64,000 nucleotides of DNA from Thermoplasmata archaeon (GTDB taxonomy: Archaea; Thermoplasmatota; Thermoplasmata; Lutacidiplasmatales; UBA184): the NCBI GenBank assembly GCA_022750055.1, contig JAKIWL010000002.1, forward strand, positions 21,042-85,041, in the 5' to 3' direction. The notes below the pieces were generated by a model, which was not told where the DNA came from, ran no database searches, and worked only from the letters and a program-made list of their open reading frames with translations. A program made the position numbers and the translations under genes. This document shows positions 46,335-56,250 of this stretch, piece by piece (positions within the stretch are counted from its first letter, which is position 1; each line of letters begins with the position of its first letter).

Positions 46335-49300
46335 ATGACGGAAGCGCGGAACCTGTCCCTATCGGAGCACCCAATGCACAACCCGAAGGCGATGTCCATG
46401 CCGACCGCGATCGTGGTGATGGCGGTCGTCCTCGTCGTCGTGGGAGCCGGCTCGTACGCCGCCTTCAGCGGTCAGAAGCCGACAACCGCGACGAGCCAGT
46501 CATGTGTTCCCGTCAACAGCCCCGCCTGTGTCGCCATCGCGGCGAACCACGACGTAGCCGTGCTGTCGCCGTTCGCGGCGGCTCAAACTGGTCAAACCAT
46601 TCCGTTTTCAGCTATCCTTCCAACCGGTGCGAGCGCGACCAGCGTCACGTTCAACTTTGGCGACGGCTCAACGTCCGTCGCATCAAGCTCGACCTCCGCG
46701 ACCCACTCCTACAGCGCTCCGGGTACCTACATCATCTCGGTCCAGGCGACCATCAAGGGCGCGGTCCATGACAACTACAACCACCTCGAGGCTGTCTCCA
46801 TCACCGCTACCTCGGCGTCCGGCACGAGCTCTAACGTCCCGGCCGTATCGGGAAAGGTGACGGCGAACTCGACGCCCGGCACCGGCGCTCCCTCGGCTGT
46901 CATCGGCCCCGGCGGAACAATCACGTTCGCGGGCGCATATACAGCCAGCCCGAGCAACCCGCTCTTTGTCATCACCGCCCCGTCAATTACGGCCTCCGGG
47001 ACCGGCGTCACGGTGGGGACCCCAACGGTCACGCCGACCACGGCAGCGGCTACGGTCACCTTCTCGAATTCGGGGGTCTTCACCGTTACCTTCGTCGGGA
47101 GTTCGGTGGACTCGAGCGCGACGCCGCCGGTTACGGCCACGCAGGACTACGTGTGGACGGCGTTCGTGGCGCCGACCGGAGTCCACGCATCGGCCGGGGG
47201 ATCCTCCTCCGTCTCCCCACACAAGGGCCAGCTGCAAGTCTACGAGCTCGTCCCCGGCGGGTCGCGTACGCACGACCCATCGACGGAATACGATAGCGCG
47301 AGCGGAGAAGTGGTCTCCAACCTGTATCAGACGCTGATCCAGTACAATGGGAGCGCCGCCGGCCCGGACCCGAACGACTTCGTCCCCGATGGGGCGGCTT
47401 GCGTCCCGGGTGCCGGCCAATGCGGTACCCTGTTCCCCGACGCCCCAGCCACCGCGGGGACGGACCTCGTGAACCCTGCGACGGGCGCCTATACCTTCGT
47501 CCTGACCTCGAGCTCTCAATTCTACGACGCGAAGTCGGGGAAGAACTGGGGGGTCTACCCGTCGGACGTGCTGTTCACGCTGGTCCGGACCGAGGCGTTC
47601 TCGAACCTGCCCTTCTTCGGCGCCAACAACGGCTGGCTGACCTCCCAGGCCCTGCTGAACGGTGGCTCCAGTTCGTGGGATGGCGGGATACACGGGAACT
47701 TCAACAACACGCCGTCGAACTCGTTCAGTTCCATCCTCGTCAACGCCTCGGCGTACTGTCCGCCGAGCGCCCTGTCCAACCCGAGCTATCACGGCTGCGT
47801 CACGTTCCTCGCCAAGGCGAACGGATTGAGCTGGCCGTTCTTCCTCGAACTGATCGCCGATCCCACCGGTACAGGCATCGAGCCCTGCGGATGGTTCAGC
47901 GCCTCGGCGCAGGGCGCGGGAGTTCCGGACTGGACGGCGACGTCCGAGTACGCCTCGGGTTCCGGTGACCGCCCTTGCCTGCTGCCGGGGGATGTGACCT
48001 CCACGGATGCGGGCGCGTTCACGACCGCCGTCAACAAGATGGGGGCCACCGACTGGGATAGCTGGCAGAACGCCGGCTCGGCGTCCCCGTACGTCGGCAA
48101 CGTCCAGTTCAACAGTGTCGGCAGCGGACCGTACTACATGCAGAACCTGGTCATCGGGGCGAGCTACAAGCTGGCCGCGAACCCGGCGTACGTCGCGAAC
48201 CCGACCTGCACCTGGACCGGCTGCATGCCCGCGAAGAACGGCTACCCCACGACGGTGACCGTGATCTGGGAGCCGTCGTCGATCGAGGGCGAGCAGGCCT
48301 ATCAGGCCGGCACGTCGGACGCGTCGTCCATCCCGACCACGGAGACGGCGATCATGCTCCAGCTGCTCCAACAGGGGAAGATCCAGGCCGTGGAGGCTCC
48401 AACCATCTCGATCTACTTCTGGCCGATGAACTTCAACTTCAACCTGGCCTCGGCCCAGAAGTACACGACGAACCCGATCACCGTCCCGTCGGACTTCTTC
48501 AGTCACCAGGGCGTCCGTCAGTTCTTCGTCCACGCCTTCCCATACGGGACCGTCCAGTCGACGATCAACACCGTCGATGGGATCACCTTCAACTTCGGCT
48601 TTGGAGGCGCCATTCCGAAGTTCATGGGTGCCTACTACCCGACCAACGTCTCGTGGCCCCAGGGCGATCCGTCGTCCAATGCGAACCTCGTCGGCTCTGC
48701 GGCTTGGTGGTGGGCGCAGTCCACCACCCCAGGCACACCCTACTACGATTCGGAGCTGACGTCGTGCACGACCTCGAGCCCGTGCACGGTGCCCTGGTTC
48801 GGCGAGACCGGTGCGCCCAACGTCGATGAGATGGGCGCGCTGCTGCAGTCGGAGGTTAGCGCCCTGTCGGGCGGCCGCCTGAAGGTCACCACGCTCGACA
48901 TCAACTTCGCCAACCTCGTCGGCAACATCAACTCCCCGTCGGGACAGAACCCCATGCCGATGTACCAGCTCGGATGGGCGCCGGACTATCCGGACCCTAC
49001 GGACTACGTGGCCCCGCTCTATCAATCGCCGGGACCCTATACAAGTCCGAACGCTGTCGGTCCGGAGCTGGCGCTTCCGGTGTACAACCAGGCCTCCTAT
49101 CCGGGAGGGAGCTGCCCGAGCGCGACGGACTACGTCGGGTTCGCCCACATGGTCGAGTCGATGGGCGGGATCCCCGATGCGTGCCAGGGACATGCCTACG
49201 CGGCCATGGAGTACGCGATGTCGATCGCCGCGGTCGAGTCACCCGGAGCCCCGCGCGTCCTGCTCTACAACTTCGTCGAGCAGATCGCGAACGGACTCGC

Positions 49301-49442
49301 GCTCTACGTCTACTGGGGACAGACCAACCTCGTCTTCACGGCCGCCCCGTGGATCGACCCGTCGACCCCGAACACGTCGGTCATGTTCGGCGGCGGGAAC
49401 GAGCAGACCTGGTGGACCTGGAACGGGAACGGGGTCGTATAG
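46335..49442 (+). CDS. Oligopeptide/dipeptide ABC transporter substrate-binding protein (family 5), giant glycosylated form with N-terminal membrane anchor and about 270-aa S/T-rich Ig-like stalk
   Basis: N-terminal TM MSMPTAIVVMAVVLVVVGAG. S/T-rich region with many sequons. SBP family-5 core beginning YELVPGGSRTHDPSTEYDSASGEVVSNLYQTLIQYN. 1035 aa. Next to a complete Opp/Dpp BCDF set on the opposite strand. Confidence 0.8.
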   Translation: MTEARNLSLSEHPMHNPKAMSMPTAIVVMAVVLVVVGAGSYAAFSGQKPTTATSQSCVPVNSPACVAIAANHDVAVLSPFAAAQTGQTIPFSAILPTGASATSVTFNFGDGSTSVASSSTSATHSYSAPGTYIISVQATIKGAVHDNYNHLEAVSITATSASGTSSNVPAVSGKVTANSTPGTGAPSAVIGPGGTITFAGAYTASPSNPLFVITAPSITASGTGVTVGTPTVTPTTAAATVTFSNSGVFTVTFVGSSVDSSATPPVTATQDYVWTAFVAPTGVHASAGGSSSVSPHKGQLQVYELVPGGSRTHDPSTEYDSASGEVVSNLYQTLIQYNGSAAGPDPNDFVPDGAACVPGAGQCGTLFPDAPATAGTDLVNPATGAYTFVLTSSSQFYDAKSGKNWGVYPSDVLFTLVRTEAFSNLPFFGANNGWLTSQALLNGGSSSWDGGIHGNFNNTPSNSFSSILVNASAYCPPSALSNPSYHGCVTFLAKANGLSWPFFLELIADPTGTGIEPCGWFSASAQGAGVPDWTATSEYASGSGDRPCLLPGDVTSTDAGAFTTAVNKMGATDWDSWQNAGSASPYVGNVQFNSVGSGPYYMQNLVIGASYKLAANPAYVANPTCTWTGCMPAKNGYPTTVTVIWEPSSIEGEQAYQAGTSDASSIPTTETAIMLQLLQQGKIQAVEAPTISIYFWPMNFNFNLASAQKYTTNPITVPSDFFSHQGVRQFFVHAFPYGTVQSTINTVDGITFNFGFGGAIPKFMGAYYPTNVSWPQGDPSSNANLVGSAAWWWAQSTTPGTPYYDSELTSCTTSSPCTVPWFGETGAPNVDEMGALLQSEVSALSGGRLKVTTLDINFANLVGNINSPSGQNPMPMYQLGWAPDYPDPTDYVAPLYQSPGPYTSPNAVGPELALPVYNQASYPGGSCPSATDYVGFAHMVESMGGIPDACQGHAYAAMEYAMSIAAVESPGAPRVLLYNFVEQIANGLALYVYWGQTNLVFTAAPWIDPSTPNTSVMFGGGNEQTWWTWNGNGVV

Positions 49443-49525
49443 GAACCCCGAGTCCCCGAGCCAACCTTTTCCCGGCGTCGTGGATAGGATCGTCCCGGCT
49501 GAAAACCCGGGGCGGCCTGCCTATT

Positions 49526-50011
49526 CTAAAGGAACTCCCTAGGATCGGGTCCTTCAGTGGGACCCGGGGCGAGGCCCTTGCGTCGGCGCTCCGCGGTCTC
49601 GGTCCACCGACCATATGGGAATGGATGCAACCCCCTCCGCAAGCGCGCGCCCCATGCCGAGCCAGCGGGCTCAGAGGGAGGCGCGTGGGCCCCGGTGGTA
49701 CCGGATCGATCGGCGAACGAGGCCGGGGTGTCCCCGTAGGAGCGCGGGTGGTACCAGAGGTACTGCCAGAGAAGGTGCTCTAGATACAGAGCGAGCGCGA
49801 GGGAGCCGACCAGGCCGGGCCAATTGGGGGGTGGTCCGAGCCAGGAGGCAAAGATGATCCCATCCGAGATCAGGAACCCTAGGCCGAGGTAGGTCTTGGC
49901 AAAGCTCGACGCGAGCCAGACCCTCCAGGGCGGACCTGGGTCGTGGAGGGCACGCTCCTTCTCTTCAGGGTCGATCTTCGGGAGCCCGAACCAACCGCGT
50001 CCGGCGGACAT
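49526..50011 (-). CDS. Hypothetical small membrane protein (161 aa, 2 TM, W-rich) just downstream of the oppF-like gene
   Basis: ATG 50011 lies 16 nt after the oppF-like stop. GC3-rich codon usage like neighbouring genes. Protein has helices LGLGFLISDGIIFASWLG and LVGSLALALYLEHLLWQYLW. No homology recognised. Confidence 0.4.
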   Translation of the reverse strand: MSAGRGWFGLPKIDPEEKERALHDPGPPWRVWLASSFAKTYLGLGFLISDGIIFASWLGPPPNWPGLVGSLALALYLEHLLWQYLWYHPRSYGDTPASFADRSGTTGAHAPPSEPAGSAWGARLRRGLHPFPYGRWTETAERRRKGLAPGPTEGPDPREFL

Positions 50012-50026
50012 TGCCTCGCATCCCGG

Positions 50027-51277
50027 TCAGCGGCCCGCCCCGGGTCCTTCCGGGACGAGCGAGGGAGCCGTCCCAGGGAACGGGGTGGAGAGCGCGCCGG
50101 CCGAACTCGGTAGGGCCGCCGACGGGGCGTTGGTGGCAGCGCCGGGGCCGAGAGAGGGCTGGCCCGGATACAGGTGGCAGGCGGCAAAGTGCCCGGGTCG
50201 GACCTCGAGAAGACGAGGCTCGACCTTCGGGCAGATCGGCATGACCGCCGGGCAACGCGTGTGGAACCGGCAGCCCGAAGGTGGGGCGGCCGGGCTCGGC
50301 ACGTCCCCCTTCAGGATGATCCGCTCCCGATGCAGGGTCGGGTCGGGGACCGGGATGGCGGCCAGCAACGCCTGGGTGTACGGGTGAAGCGGCCGGGAGA
50401 ACAGATCCTCGGTCGGGGCCCACTCCACGACCTGGCCGAGGTACATCACGACGACCTTTCGGCTCATCGCGCGAACCACCGACAGGTGGTGGGAGATGAA
50501 CAGGTAGGCGAGCCGCTGTTCGCTCTGCAGTCGTCTGAGGATGTTGAGGATCTGGGCCTGGACCGACACGTCGAGAGCGCTCGTCGGTTCGTCGAGCACG
50601 ATGAAGTCCGGGCGCATCGCGAGGGCCCGGGCGATGCCGATCCGCTGTCGCTGGCCCCCGGAGAACTCATGGGGGAATCGCCACAGGTGGTCGGGGTTGA
50701 GGCCGACGGCCGTCATCAGCTCGGCCACCCGCTGATAGCGCTGCGCCCGAGTGCCGATGTGGTGGATCGTGAGGGGCTCGCCGACGACGTCTCGCACCAG
50801 CATCCGGGGACTGAGCGAGGAGAACGGATCCTGGAAGACGATCTGGAGCTTCCCGCGGAGCTTGTGCATCGCGCCGCTCGACTTGCGATACAGGGAGTAG
50901 GTTCGGGCGATCGTGTCGATCTCACGGAGGGCGCTCAGCGCCTCTGGCGAGGACGGCACCTCCCCGTCGGGGCCGCCCCGTAGCGACTCGAGGGTCCCAT
51001 AGAGGGCGTTGAGGCGGCCCATCACCGCTCCGTCGGGTCGGTAGAAGGTGTGCCCGCTCGTCGGGTCGAGCAGTCGGAGGATGAGACGGCCGACCGTGGT
51101 CTTTCCGCAGCCGGATTCCCCCACGAGCCCGACGGTCTCGGCCTCGTGGATGTCGAAGGAGACCCCGTCGACCGCGCGGACGTCCCCGATGTGCTGGGAG
51201 AACAGCCCCCCGCGGATCGGGAAGTACTTTCTTAGGTTTCGGACCGACAGGAGCACTGGGCTCGAGCCGTTATCCAT
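50027..51277 (-). CDS. Oligopeptide/dipeptide ABC transporter ATP-binding protein (OppF/DppF-like)
   Basis: Walker [10 protein letters not shown]. Signature [15 protein letters not shown]. Walker [14 protein letters not shown]-terminal oligopeptide-type domain with Cys motif [12 protein letters not shown]. Confidence 0.9.
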   Translation of the reverse strand: MDNGSSPVLLSVRNLRKYFPIRGGLFSQHIGDVRAVDGVSFDIHEAETVGLVGESGCGKTTVGRLILRLLDPTSGHTFYRPDGAVMGRLNALYGTLESLRGGPDGEVPSSPEALSALREIDTIARTYSLYRKSSGAMHKLRGKLQIVFQDPFSSLSPRMLVRDVVGEPLTIHHIGTRAQRYQRVAELMTAVGLNPDHLWRFPHEFSGGQRQRIGIARALAMRPDFIVLDEPTSALDVSVQAQILNILRRLQSEQRLAYLFISHHLSVVRAMSRKVVVMYLGQVVEWAPTEDLFSRPLHPYTQALLAAIPVPDPTLHRERIILKGDVPSPAAPPSGCRFHTRCPAVMPICPKVEPRLLEVRPGHFAACHLYPGQPSLGPGAATNAPSAALPSSAGALSTPFPGTAPSLVPEGPGAGR

Positions 51278-51289
51278 TCGACCGCGCCC

Positions 51290-52906
51290 CTACAGGTCCC
51301 CGGGTTCGGGCTCGGGCCCGTGGTAGAGGAAGCAGGCGACCCGGTGACCCTCCCCCTCGATCGTCATCGGCGGCCGAGTCTCCTTGCAGATGAGCATGGC
51401 CTGGGGACAGCGAGGATGGAATCGGCACCCGGAGGGGGGATAAATGAGATTGGGCACCGAACCGGGGATCGACTCGAGCTTCTTTCCCGGGTCGTCGAGG
51501 CGCGGGATCGAGGCGAGCAGGCCCTGGGTATAGGGGTGCAACGGGCGCTGAAACAGCGTTCGCACCGGCGCGACCTCGACGACGTTGCCCGCGTACATCA
51601 CGCAGACGCGGTCGGCGACCTCGGCGATGACCCCGAGGTCGTGGGTGATGAGCAGGATCGCCGTCCCGGCGCGCGACTTGAGGTCGCGCATCAGGTCGAG
51701 GATCTGGGCCTGGATGGTCACGTCGAGCGCCGTCGTCGGCTCGTCGGCGATGAGCAGCTCCGGTTCGGCCGAGAGGGCCATGGCGATCATCACCCGTTGG
51801 ATCATGCCGCCGGACAGTTCGTGGGGGTATCCGCGCGCTACCTGGACGGGGTTCGCGATCGAGACCCCTTCGAGGTGGCCGACACTCTGCCAGAAGAGCT
51901 CCTCGGTGAGGGGCCGCCGGGCCGCGCGCTTGACGAACGGCAGACCGAAGTACCCTCCCTGCAGCTTCAGGGCAAGGCGGCGGGACGACAGCGCCCTTCG
52001 CTGTTTCCGGGCCAGGCGCTCGTGGCGCATCTCCTCGAGGTAGACCTCCTTGTGGGCCTGCAGGTTCTCGATCAGCCGTCGCTCGCTCTTGAGGTAGGAA
52101 CGCTGGAATCCCGACAGACGTGCGCGGCGCAGTGCCTTTTCCAACAGGGGTCTCTTCGCCTGGTCGGCGCGCGTCCCCCGGAGGATGTAGTAGGCCTGGG
52201 TGCCGAGCGACGGGAGCCGGGTCGCTCGTCCGATCGCGTCGGCCGCCGACCGCATGGCCTCCGGAGGGCTCGATCGGGAGACCTTCAGGGCTGCGTCGAC
52301 CGCCCCCTCCACTTCCGGACCCCGGCTCCGGGCGTTCAGCAGGCGCTCGATGATCTCGCCCCCCCGGTGAAGGACGAGCGCCTCCCCGATCTGGTCGGAG
52401 ATCGAGAAGATCGGATTGAGGGCGGACATCGGTTCCTGGAAGATCATCGAGATCCCGCCCCCGCGGATGGCGGTCATGCGATCGAGGGCCTGTCGGATCC
52501 GTCGGTATCGACGGGTCACCTTGACACGATTCGTTTTGCGGACCGGCTTGAAACGCGCCTCGTCTTGAACCCCCCACAATAGGTTCGCCCCGTCAAATCG
52601 GACCGACCCGTCCATGATCCGGCCCGGCGGGTCGGCGATCAAACGGGTGATCGAGAAGGCGGTCACCGATTTTCCACAGCCGGTCTCCCCGACCAGACCG
52701 AGCGTCTCCCCGCGCCGGATGTGGAAGGTGACGCCGTCGAGCGCCTTCACGACCCCGTCGTAGGTGAAGAAGTAGGTCCGCAGATTGCGAACCTCGAGGA
52801 TCTTCTCCTGCGCGGAGGCGGGCGGCGAGGGGGTCGCCATGGCCGTCTCGACCTCGGCGAGCGGGGCCGGCCCCGAATCGCCAAGGGCGTTGTCTTCTCC
52901 CACCAT
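51290..52906 (-). CDS. Oligopeptide/dipeptide ABC transporter ATP-binding protein (OppD/DppD-like) with an about 170-aa insertion between the Q-loop and the signature motif
   Basis: Walker [12 protein letters not shown]. Signature [15 protein letters not shown]. Walker [14 protein letters not shown]-terminal [11 protein letters not shown]. Total 538 aa versus about 330 typical. The inserted segment is Arg/Leu-rich ([17 protein letters not shown]...). Confidence 0.85.
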   Translation of the reverse strand: MVGEDNALGDSGPAPLAEVETAMATPSPPASAQEKILEVRNLRTYFFTYDGVVKALDGVTFHIRRGETLGLVGETGCGKSVTAFSITRLIADPPGRIMDGSVRFDGANLLWGVQDEARFKPVRKTNRVKVTRRYRRIRQALDRMTAIRGGGISMIFQEPMSALNPIFSISDQIGEALVLHRGGEIIERLLNARSRGPEVEGAVDAALKVSRSSPPEAMRSAADAIGRATRLPSLGTQAYYILRGTRADQAKRPLLEKALRRARLSGFQRSYLKSERRLIENLQAHKEVYLEEMRHERLARKQRRALSSRRLALKLQGGYFGLPFVKRAARRPLTEELFWQSVGHLEGVSIANPVQVARGYPHELSGGMIQRVMIAMALSAEPELLIADEPTTALDVTIQAQILDLMRDLKSRAGTAILLITHDLGVIAEVADRVCVMYAGNVVEVAPVRTLFQRPLHPYTQGLLASIPRLDDPGKKLESIPGSVPNLIYPPSGCRFHPRCPQAMLICKETRPPMTIEGEGHRVACFLYHGPEPEPGDL

Positions 52907-52937
52907 CGGGGGCCGGGACGCGACGGCGGCCGTCGGC

Positions 52938-54074
52938 CTATCTCCTCAGCCGGGGATCGAGGGCGTCCCGCAGTCCGTCCGATAGGAAGTTCACCGAGAT
53001 CGCGAACAGGAACAGTACGAGACCGGGGAACAGGACCTGCCACCAGGGGAAGACGCACGGCCCCCCCGAACAGAGCGTCAGCTGAGCCGGCAGGGTGATG
53101 ACCGAGAGCGCGGCGAGGGTCCCCCACTCAGGGAAGTAGAGCGTCGGAAAGATGTTGAAGCCGAGGAACACGATGCCGCCCAAGGCGAGCGGGATCGACC
53201 CGACGTCGAGCGACATCTGCACGAAGACCGGATACATGGAGTTCGGGATGATGTGTCTCAGGATGATCCGACCACTTCGGGCGCCGCTCGCCTTCGAGGC
53301 CTCGACGTACTTCTGTTCTCGGGTCACGAGAACCTGGCCTCGGACGATCCGCGTGTAGAGCGGCCACCACGTGATGATGAACGCTCCCATCAGAACGACG
53401 ATCCGACCCTCCAACGTAGAGATGGTCGAGCCGATCACCGCGAGGATGACGAGGATCAGCAGCAGCCCGGGGATGGACAGGAAGATGTCGGTGAAGCGCA
53501 TCACGATCTCGTCGGTGTACCCGCCGAAGTACCCGGCGATGGCGCCCAGCATCAGTCCGATCAGCGCGCCCGTCCCGACGATCCCGGCGGAGATGCCCAG
53601 GGACCATTCGGCGCCCTTGACGATCCCGTCGAACGGATTGTAGAAGTACGGGTTGCTCGAGTCGATGCTCAGCGAACCGAACGGCAGCGGTCCGAGAGTA
53701 TGACGGGCCAGATCGACGGTGGGAGCGATCTGGGAGGGATTGAGGGACTCCACCGGATAGCAGTTCGGCCCGGGGGGCGCACTGCCGCTCGGATAGGTAC
53801 ACACCGTCGTCTTCGGATACAGCGAACACGCCGGATTCCCCTGCCCGCCGCTCGTCGTCGTGCCACAGTACCCCGCGAGCTTGTCGCTGGGCGCTGGGTA
53901 AAAGAATCCCCAGACGGCGACGACGAGAAAGAACAGAATGATCGCGAGTCCCACGATCGCGAGCGTGTTCCGAGAGAGGAAGTAAACGGTCCGCTTGATC
54001 TGGGCGAGCTGGGGGCTGGGTCGCCTCCCGGCCCGGGTGGGCGTCGCAGGGGTCGACGCGGGGGGCGTGGTCAT
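52938..54074 (-). CDS. Oligopeptide ABC transporter permease (OppC/DppC-like) with long N-terminal extracytoplasmic loop
   Basis: N-terminal TM LAIVGLAIILFFLVVAVWGFF followed by an about 120-aa loop, then the 5-TM core with an EAA-like SKASGARSGRIILRHIIPN. ATG overlaps the oppB-like stop region by 7 nt. Confidence 0.85.
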   Translation of the reverse strand: MTTPPASTPATPTRAGRRPSPQLAQIKRTVYFLSRNTLAIVGLAIILFFLVVAVWGFFYPAPSDKLAGYCGTTTSGGQGNPACSLYPKTTVCTYPSGSAPPGPNCYPVESLNPSQIAPTVDLARHTLGPLPFGSLSIDSSNPYFYNPFDGIVKGAEWSLGISAGIVGTGALIGLMLGAIAGYFGGYTDEIVMRFTDIFLSIPGLLLILVILAVIGSTISTLEGRIVVLMGAFIITWWPLYTRIVRGQVLVTREQKYVEASKASGARSGRIILRHIIPNSMYPVFVQMSLDVGSIPLALGGIVFLGFNIFPTLYFPEWGTLAALSVITLPAQLTLCSGGPCVFPWWQVLFPGLVLFLFAISVNFLSDGLRDALDPRLRR

Positions 54075-54080
54075 TCGAGG

Positions 54081-55295
54081 TCACCCCAGCCGGACGCGCG
54101 GGTCGAGGTACGCGTAGAGAACGTCGACGATGATGTTCGCCGCCACCACGATGATGGTAAAGAGCAGGACGGAGCCGAAGATCAGCCCGAAATCGAACTG
54201 AGGCTGGATCGAATAGGTCAGGAGGAGACCGACCCCGTTCAGGTGGAACACATCCTCGATGATCGGGAAGCCTCCGATGAACCCGGCGAACGTGAGCCCG
54301 AGGATCGTGACCGTGACGTTGAGCGAGTTGCGGCCGGCGTGCTTGCGGACCACGGCCGATTCGGGCACCCCCTTCGCCCGGGCGGTTCGGACGAAATCCA
54401 GGTTCATGACCTCGAGCATGCTGTTGCGCACGAACCGCAGGATGATGGCGATCGAGCCGTAAGCGATCGTCACGGCGGGCAGGATCAGCCGGACCAGGGT
54501 ATCGCCCGCCAAGGCATACTGCCCATGATAGATCGCGTCGACGGTCGGGAATCCAGTCGGGCTCGTCTGACCGTGGGATCCCATCCAGCTGTACGTTCCG
54601 CAGGAAGTGGGCGGCCAGGAGTTGTACAGGTGTTGGAAGGCGAAGTACGTGTTGCCGCACTCCAGCGGAAGGGCGCTGAGCAGTGCGGTGAACCCGAGGA
54701 GAAGGAGCGAGGCGAGCAGGAATCCCGGGAGGGCGAAACCGGAGAACGACATCAAACGAGCGGCTTGGTCCACCGGACGGTTGCGGTAGACGGCCGAGTA
54801 GTTTCCGAGGGGGATGGCGAGCACGAGGATGAGGAACAGCGAGAGGGCCGCCAACTCGAGGGTATAGGGTAGATACCACGATAGGACCTCGGCGATCGGG
54901 ATGGAGGAGGCCCCGAGGAGGAGTCCGCTCGCCTTGCTCCCTGCATCGCTCGCCCCCCAATTGAGGGTCAAGCTATTCTCCATGTAGATCGCCCACTGGA
55001 CGTACTTGGGTTTGTCGAGACCGAGCTGGTGGAGGTCGTGATAGTACACCGGATTCCGACACGTTCCGTTCCCGAGTCCGAGGGTGGAGCAGTCCACCGT
55101 GGGCGTCAGCGGGATCCGGCCGGTCCCGAAATGCGAGACCAGTTGATCGTGTACCGGGAGGGACGCCGTGATCACGAACGTGATCGTCATGACCCCGATG
55201 ATGACCGGGACGAGGAGGATCAGTCGGCGGACCAGGTAGATCCACATCTTCATGCCCGACTCCCCCCCCGTCGACCCGCCCGGCCGGATCGGCAC
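54081..55295 (-). CDS. Oligopeptide ABC transporter permease (OppB/DppB-like)
   Basis: MKMWIYLVRRLILLVPVIIGVMTITFVI is the classic OppB N-terminus. EAA-like ARAKGVPESAVVRKHAGRNS. Start is either GTG 55295 (about 25 nt downstream of a TATATATA box, leaderless) or the internal ATG at about 55253 (MKMW). Confidence 0.85.
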   Translation of the reverse strand: MPIRPGGSTGGESGMKMWIYLVRRLILLVPVIIGVMTITFVITASLPVHDQLVSHFGTGRIPLTPTVDCSTLGLGNGTCRNPVYYHDLHQLGLDKPKYVQWAIYMENSLTLNWGASDAGSKASGLLLGASSIPIAEVLSWYLPYTLELAALSLFLILVLAIPLGNYSAVYRNRPVDQAARLMSFSGFALPGFLLASLLLLGFTALLSALPLECGNTYFAFQHLYNSWPPTSCGTYSWMGSHGQTSPTGFPTVDAIYHGQYALAGDTLVRLILPAVTIAYGSIAIILRFVRNSMLEVMNLDFVRTARAKGVPESAVVRKHAGRNSLNVTVTILGLTFAGFIGGFPIIEDVFHLNGVGLLLTYSIQPQFDFGLIFGSVLLFTIIVVAANIIVDVLYAYLDPRVRLG

Positions 55296-55310
55296 GGGTC
55301 GATTCGGACC

Positions 55311-55325
55311 CCTATATATATGGAT
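55311..55325. promoter_or_regulatory. TATA box (cctatatatatgg) upstream of the peptide ABC permease operon
   Basis: Only AT-rich run in the 55296-55355 gap. About -25 from GTG 55295 on the minus strand. Confidence 0.4.
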
Positions 55326-55355
55326 TGTAATGCGGGGGCGTTTCCGTCGGGAGAC

Positions 55356-55697
55356 TCACAACAGTGGCAAGGAACCGGTCAGTCGGTCGATCTCCGAGGC
55401 CCGGGCCGGCCCGAGTCCGAGCACGGTTCGGGTTCCCGGCGGAACCTCGGTGAGACCGGCGTCTTCCACGAATACCGTCGGGACCCCAAGGGATCGGGCC
55501 TTGCGTTCGATGCCCTGCATCTCGGCGAGCGACTCGGCCACGACCGCGATCTTCTTCTGACCTTCGGCCTCCCATCGAGCGAGTGTAGAGCGCTCCCTCG
55601 CACGAGCGGAGAGCGCGAGCAGAACCGCGGCATGGGCCACCTGTACGGCCGCCTTTCCCGCGGTGAGGCGTAGCTCGCCCCGTACGACCAGGACCAT
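55356..55697 (-). CDS. pth: Peptidyl-tRNA hydrolase, archaeal/eukaryotic Pth2 type
   Basis: Start trimmed to ATG 55697 (MVLVVRGELRLTAGKAAVQVAHAAV...). QKKIAVVAESLAEMQ and GVPTVFVEDAGLTEVPPGTRTVLGLGPA match Pth2. 113 aa. Confidence 0.85.
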   Translation of the reverse strand: MVLVVRGELRLTAGKAAVQVAHAAVLLALSARARERSTLARWEAEGQKKIAVVAESLAEMQGIERKARSLGVPTVFVEDAGLTEVPPGTRTVLGLGPARASEIDRLTGSLPLL

Positions 55698-55713
55698 CTT
55701 GTACGAGGCGGAC

Positions 55714-56250
55714 TCAGGCGCTCGCGTATTCTTCCTCCCGTTTGGCCCGAAGCTGGGCCGCCTCGGCCTGTATCCGAGCGAGCTCTTCAACCCAGGGGGC
55801 CGATCGGACCGCATCGGCGCCGGCCGTCCGGATCCGATGCTTCAGGGATCGTTCCGAGCGGGCCAGTTCGTCCAGACGGCGGATCAGTACCATCGGATCC
55901 GAGCCGCCGGTCCCGGATTCCGTCCTGCGGGCGGGGGGCGGCACGCGGGCAAAGGACCCTCGGAACGCCGCCACCCCGAAGGCGACCGCGGTCACCGCCC
56001 CAAGCGTCTCCTCGACGAGCGGATCCGACCAGCCGGCCTGGACCCCTATCGGGGTCCCGAGCCACGCGAACGCTACGAGGATCGTGATCGCGACGCTGAG
56101 CACGATGCTCGAGGTCAGTTGCTCGAGGAGGTTCTTCAGAGAGACCGGGCGGAACACACGCCGCTCCGGGAAGAGGGCGCGTGTCACGCCGAAGCCCGGG
56201 AGGAGGAAGAGGAGGAGCAGCCCGACGATCACCTCCCACGTTTCGGTCAC
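55714..56250 (-). CDS. Membrane protein (178 aa): N-terminal 3 TM helices plus C-terminal charged coiled-coil
   Basis: Start is the GTG at 56250, overlapping the srp54 TGA (GTGA). VTETWEVIVGLLLLFLLPGFGV... and C-terminal RRLDELARSERSLKHRIRTAG...AQLRAKREEEYASA. Sits between srp54 and pth2 on the same strand. Confidence 0.55.
   Translation of the reverse strand: MTETWEVIVGLLLLFLLPGFGVTRALFPERRVFRPVSLKNLLEQLTSSIVLSVAITILVAFAWLGTPIGVQAGWSDPLVEETLGAVTAVAFGVAAFRGSFARVPPPARRTESGTGGSDPMVLIRRLDELARSERSLKHRIRTAGADAVRSAPWVEELARIQAEAAQLRAKREEEYASA

Noticed and set aside
49443-49525. Hairpin CCCGG-CTGAAAA-CCGGG plus AT-rich patch after the peptide-binding-protein gene, considered as a small RNA
   Set aside because: Most simply an intrinsic-terminator-like structure in the 3' UTR between convergent genes. 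No further RNA-gene features.
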